From assembly GCA_965261735.1 (NCBI GenBank), contig OZ253470.1, positions 608,001 to 672,000 of the forward strand: 64,000 nt of DNA. The letters run 5' to 3'. The translations under genes and the position numbers were made by a program. How positions within the stretch are numbered: position 1 is the first letter of the stretch; each line of letters starts with the position of its first letter. The notes beneath the pieces were generated by a model. It was not told the origin of the DNA and searched no databases. It worked only from the letters and a program-made list of their open reading frames with translations. The DNA comes from Alphaproteobacteria bacterium (GTDB lineage Bacteria > Pseudomonadota > Alphaproteobacteria > SHVV01). Below are positions 63,686-64,000 of this stretch, one piece after another.

Positions 63686-64000
63686 CAAGTATGCAAAGCG
63701 GCGTGTTGTTCGGCGCGCAGGTTCGGCGCCGATCGGCGCGCTAACTCTTTGAGATCCCTTGATTCTAGGGGGGTTAAATTTCCGCGCTGAATAACAGGCG
63801 GTCGAGGACGGCGTCCGCGATCATGGGTTGGCCTGTGCTGCCGGACCGGCTTCATCGCCCGGCGGTCCGCTAAGGACCTGGCGCCGTTCCGGGGACGTGG
63901 CAGTATGGAGCCGGGCGTCGCATGCGGCGTCCTGGGGCGGCGGCTCATGTGACCGAAGCATTCCCCCCAGGTGGAGCTTCCTAAAACGGGTGCCAGCCCG

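Overview
High-GC, probably alphaproteobacterial DNA (an alpha-type LexA box GTTC-N7-GTTC is present). 1-25068 is the end of an integrative conjugative element (ICE). On the minus strand it carries two tandem tyrosine recombinases, a D-cysteine desulfhydrase, a 3129-aa autotransporter-like adhesin with a 7-bp repeat tract in its 5' end, a frameshift-split FseA-like activator (DUF6499-DUF2285), an RdfS-like excisionase and an F-type traA-L-E-K-B-V-C operon. Two LysR genes (one HTH-only) are on the plus strand. The ICE edge abuts the C-terminal half of a third integrase, broken at its HDLRH motif. 25069-64000 is a degraded accessory region full of nested insertion sequences (3 IS110/IS1111, 4 IS1595, 2 IS256, IS21, IS5, IS1380 and IS66 remnants, two MITE types). 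Among them lie a Phd-PIN toxin-antitoxin pair, an ABC transporter + heme-oxygenase-like diiron oxidase + flavoprotein cluster, a CBASS CD-NTase remnant, a relaxase remnant, umuD, a DEAD-box helicase, a peroxiredoxin, a tRNA-Met att fragment, a Schlafen/AlbA_2 protein and cytochrome c. The clearest sequence-level signal is in the IS110 elements: two variants share a bridge/seekRNA scaffold whose guide segments co-vary with their own different insertion targets, one of which is the IS21 terminal repeat. All family assignments come from motif recognition by eye; no searches were run.
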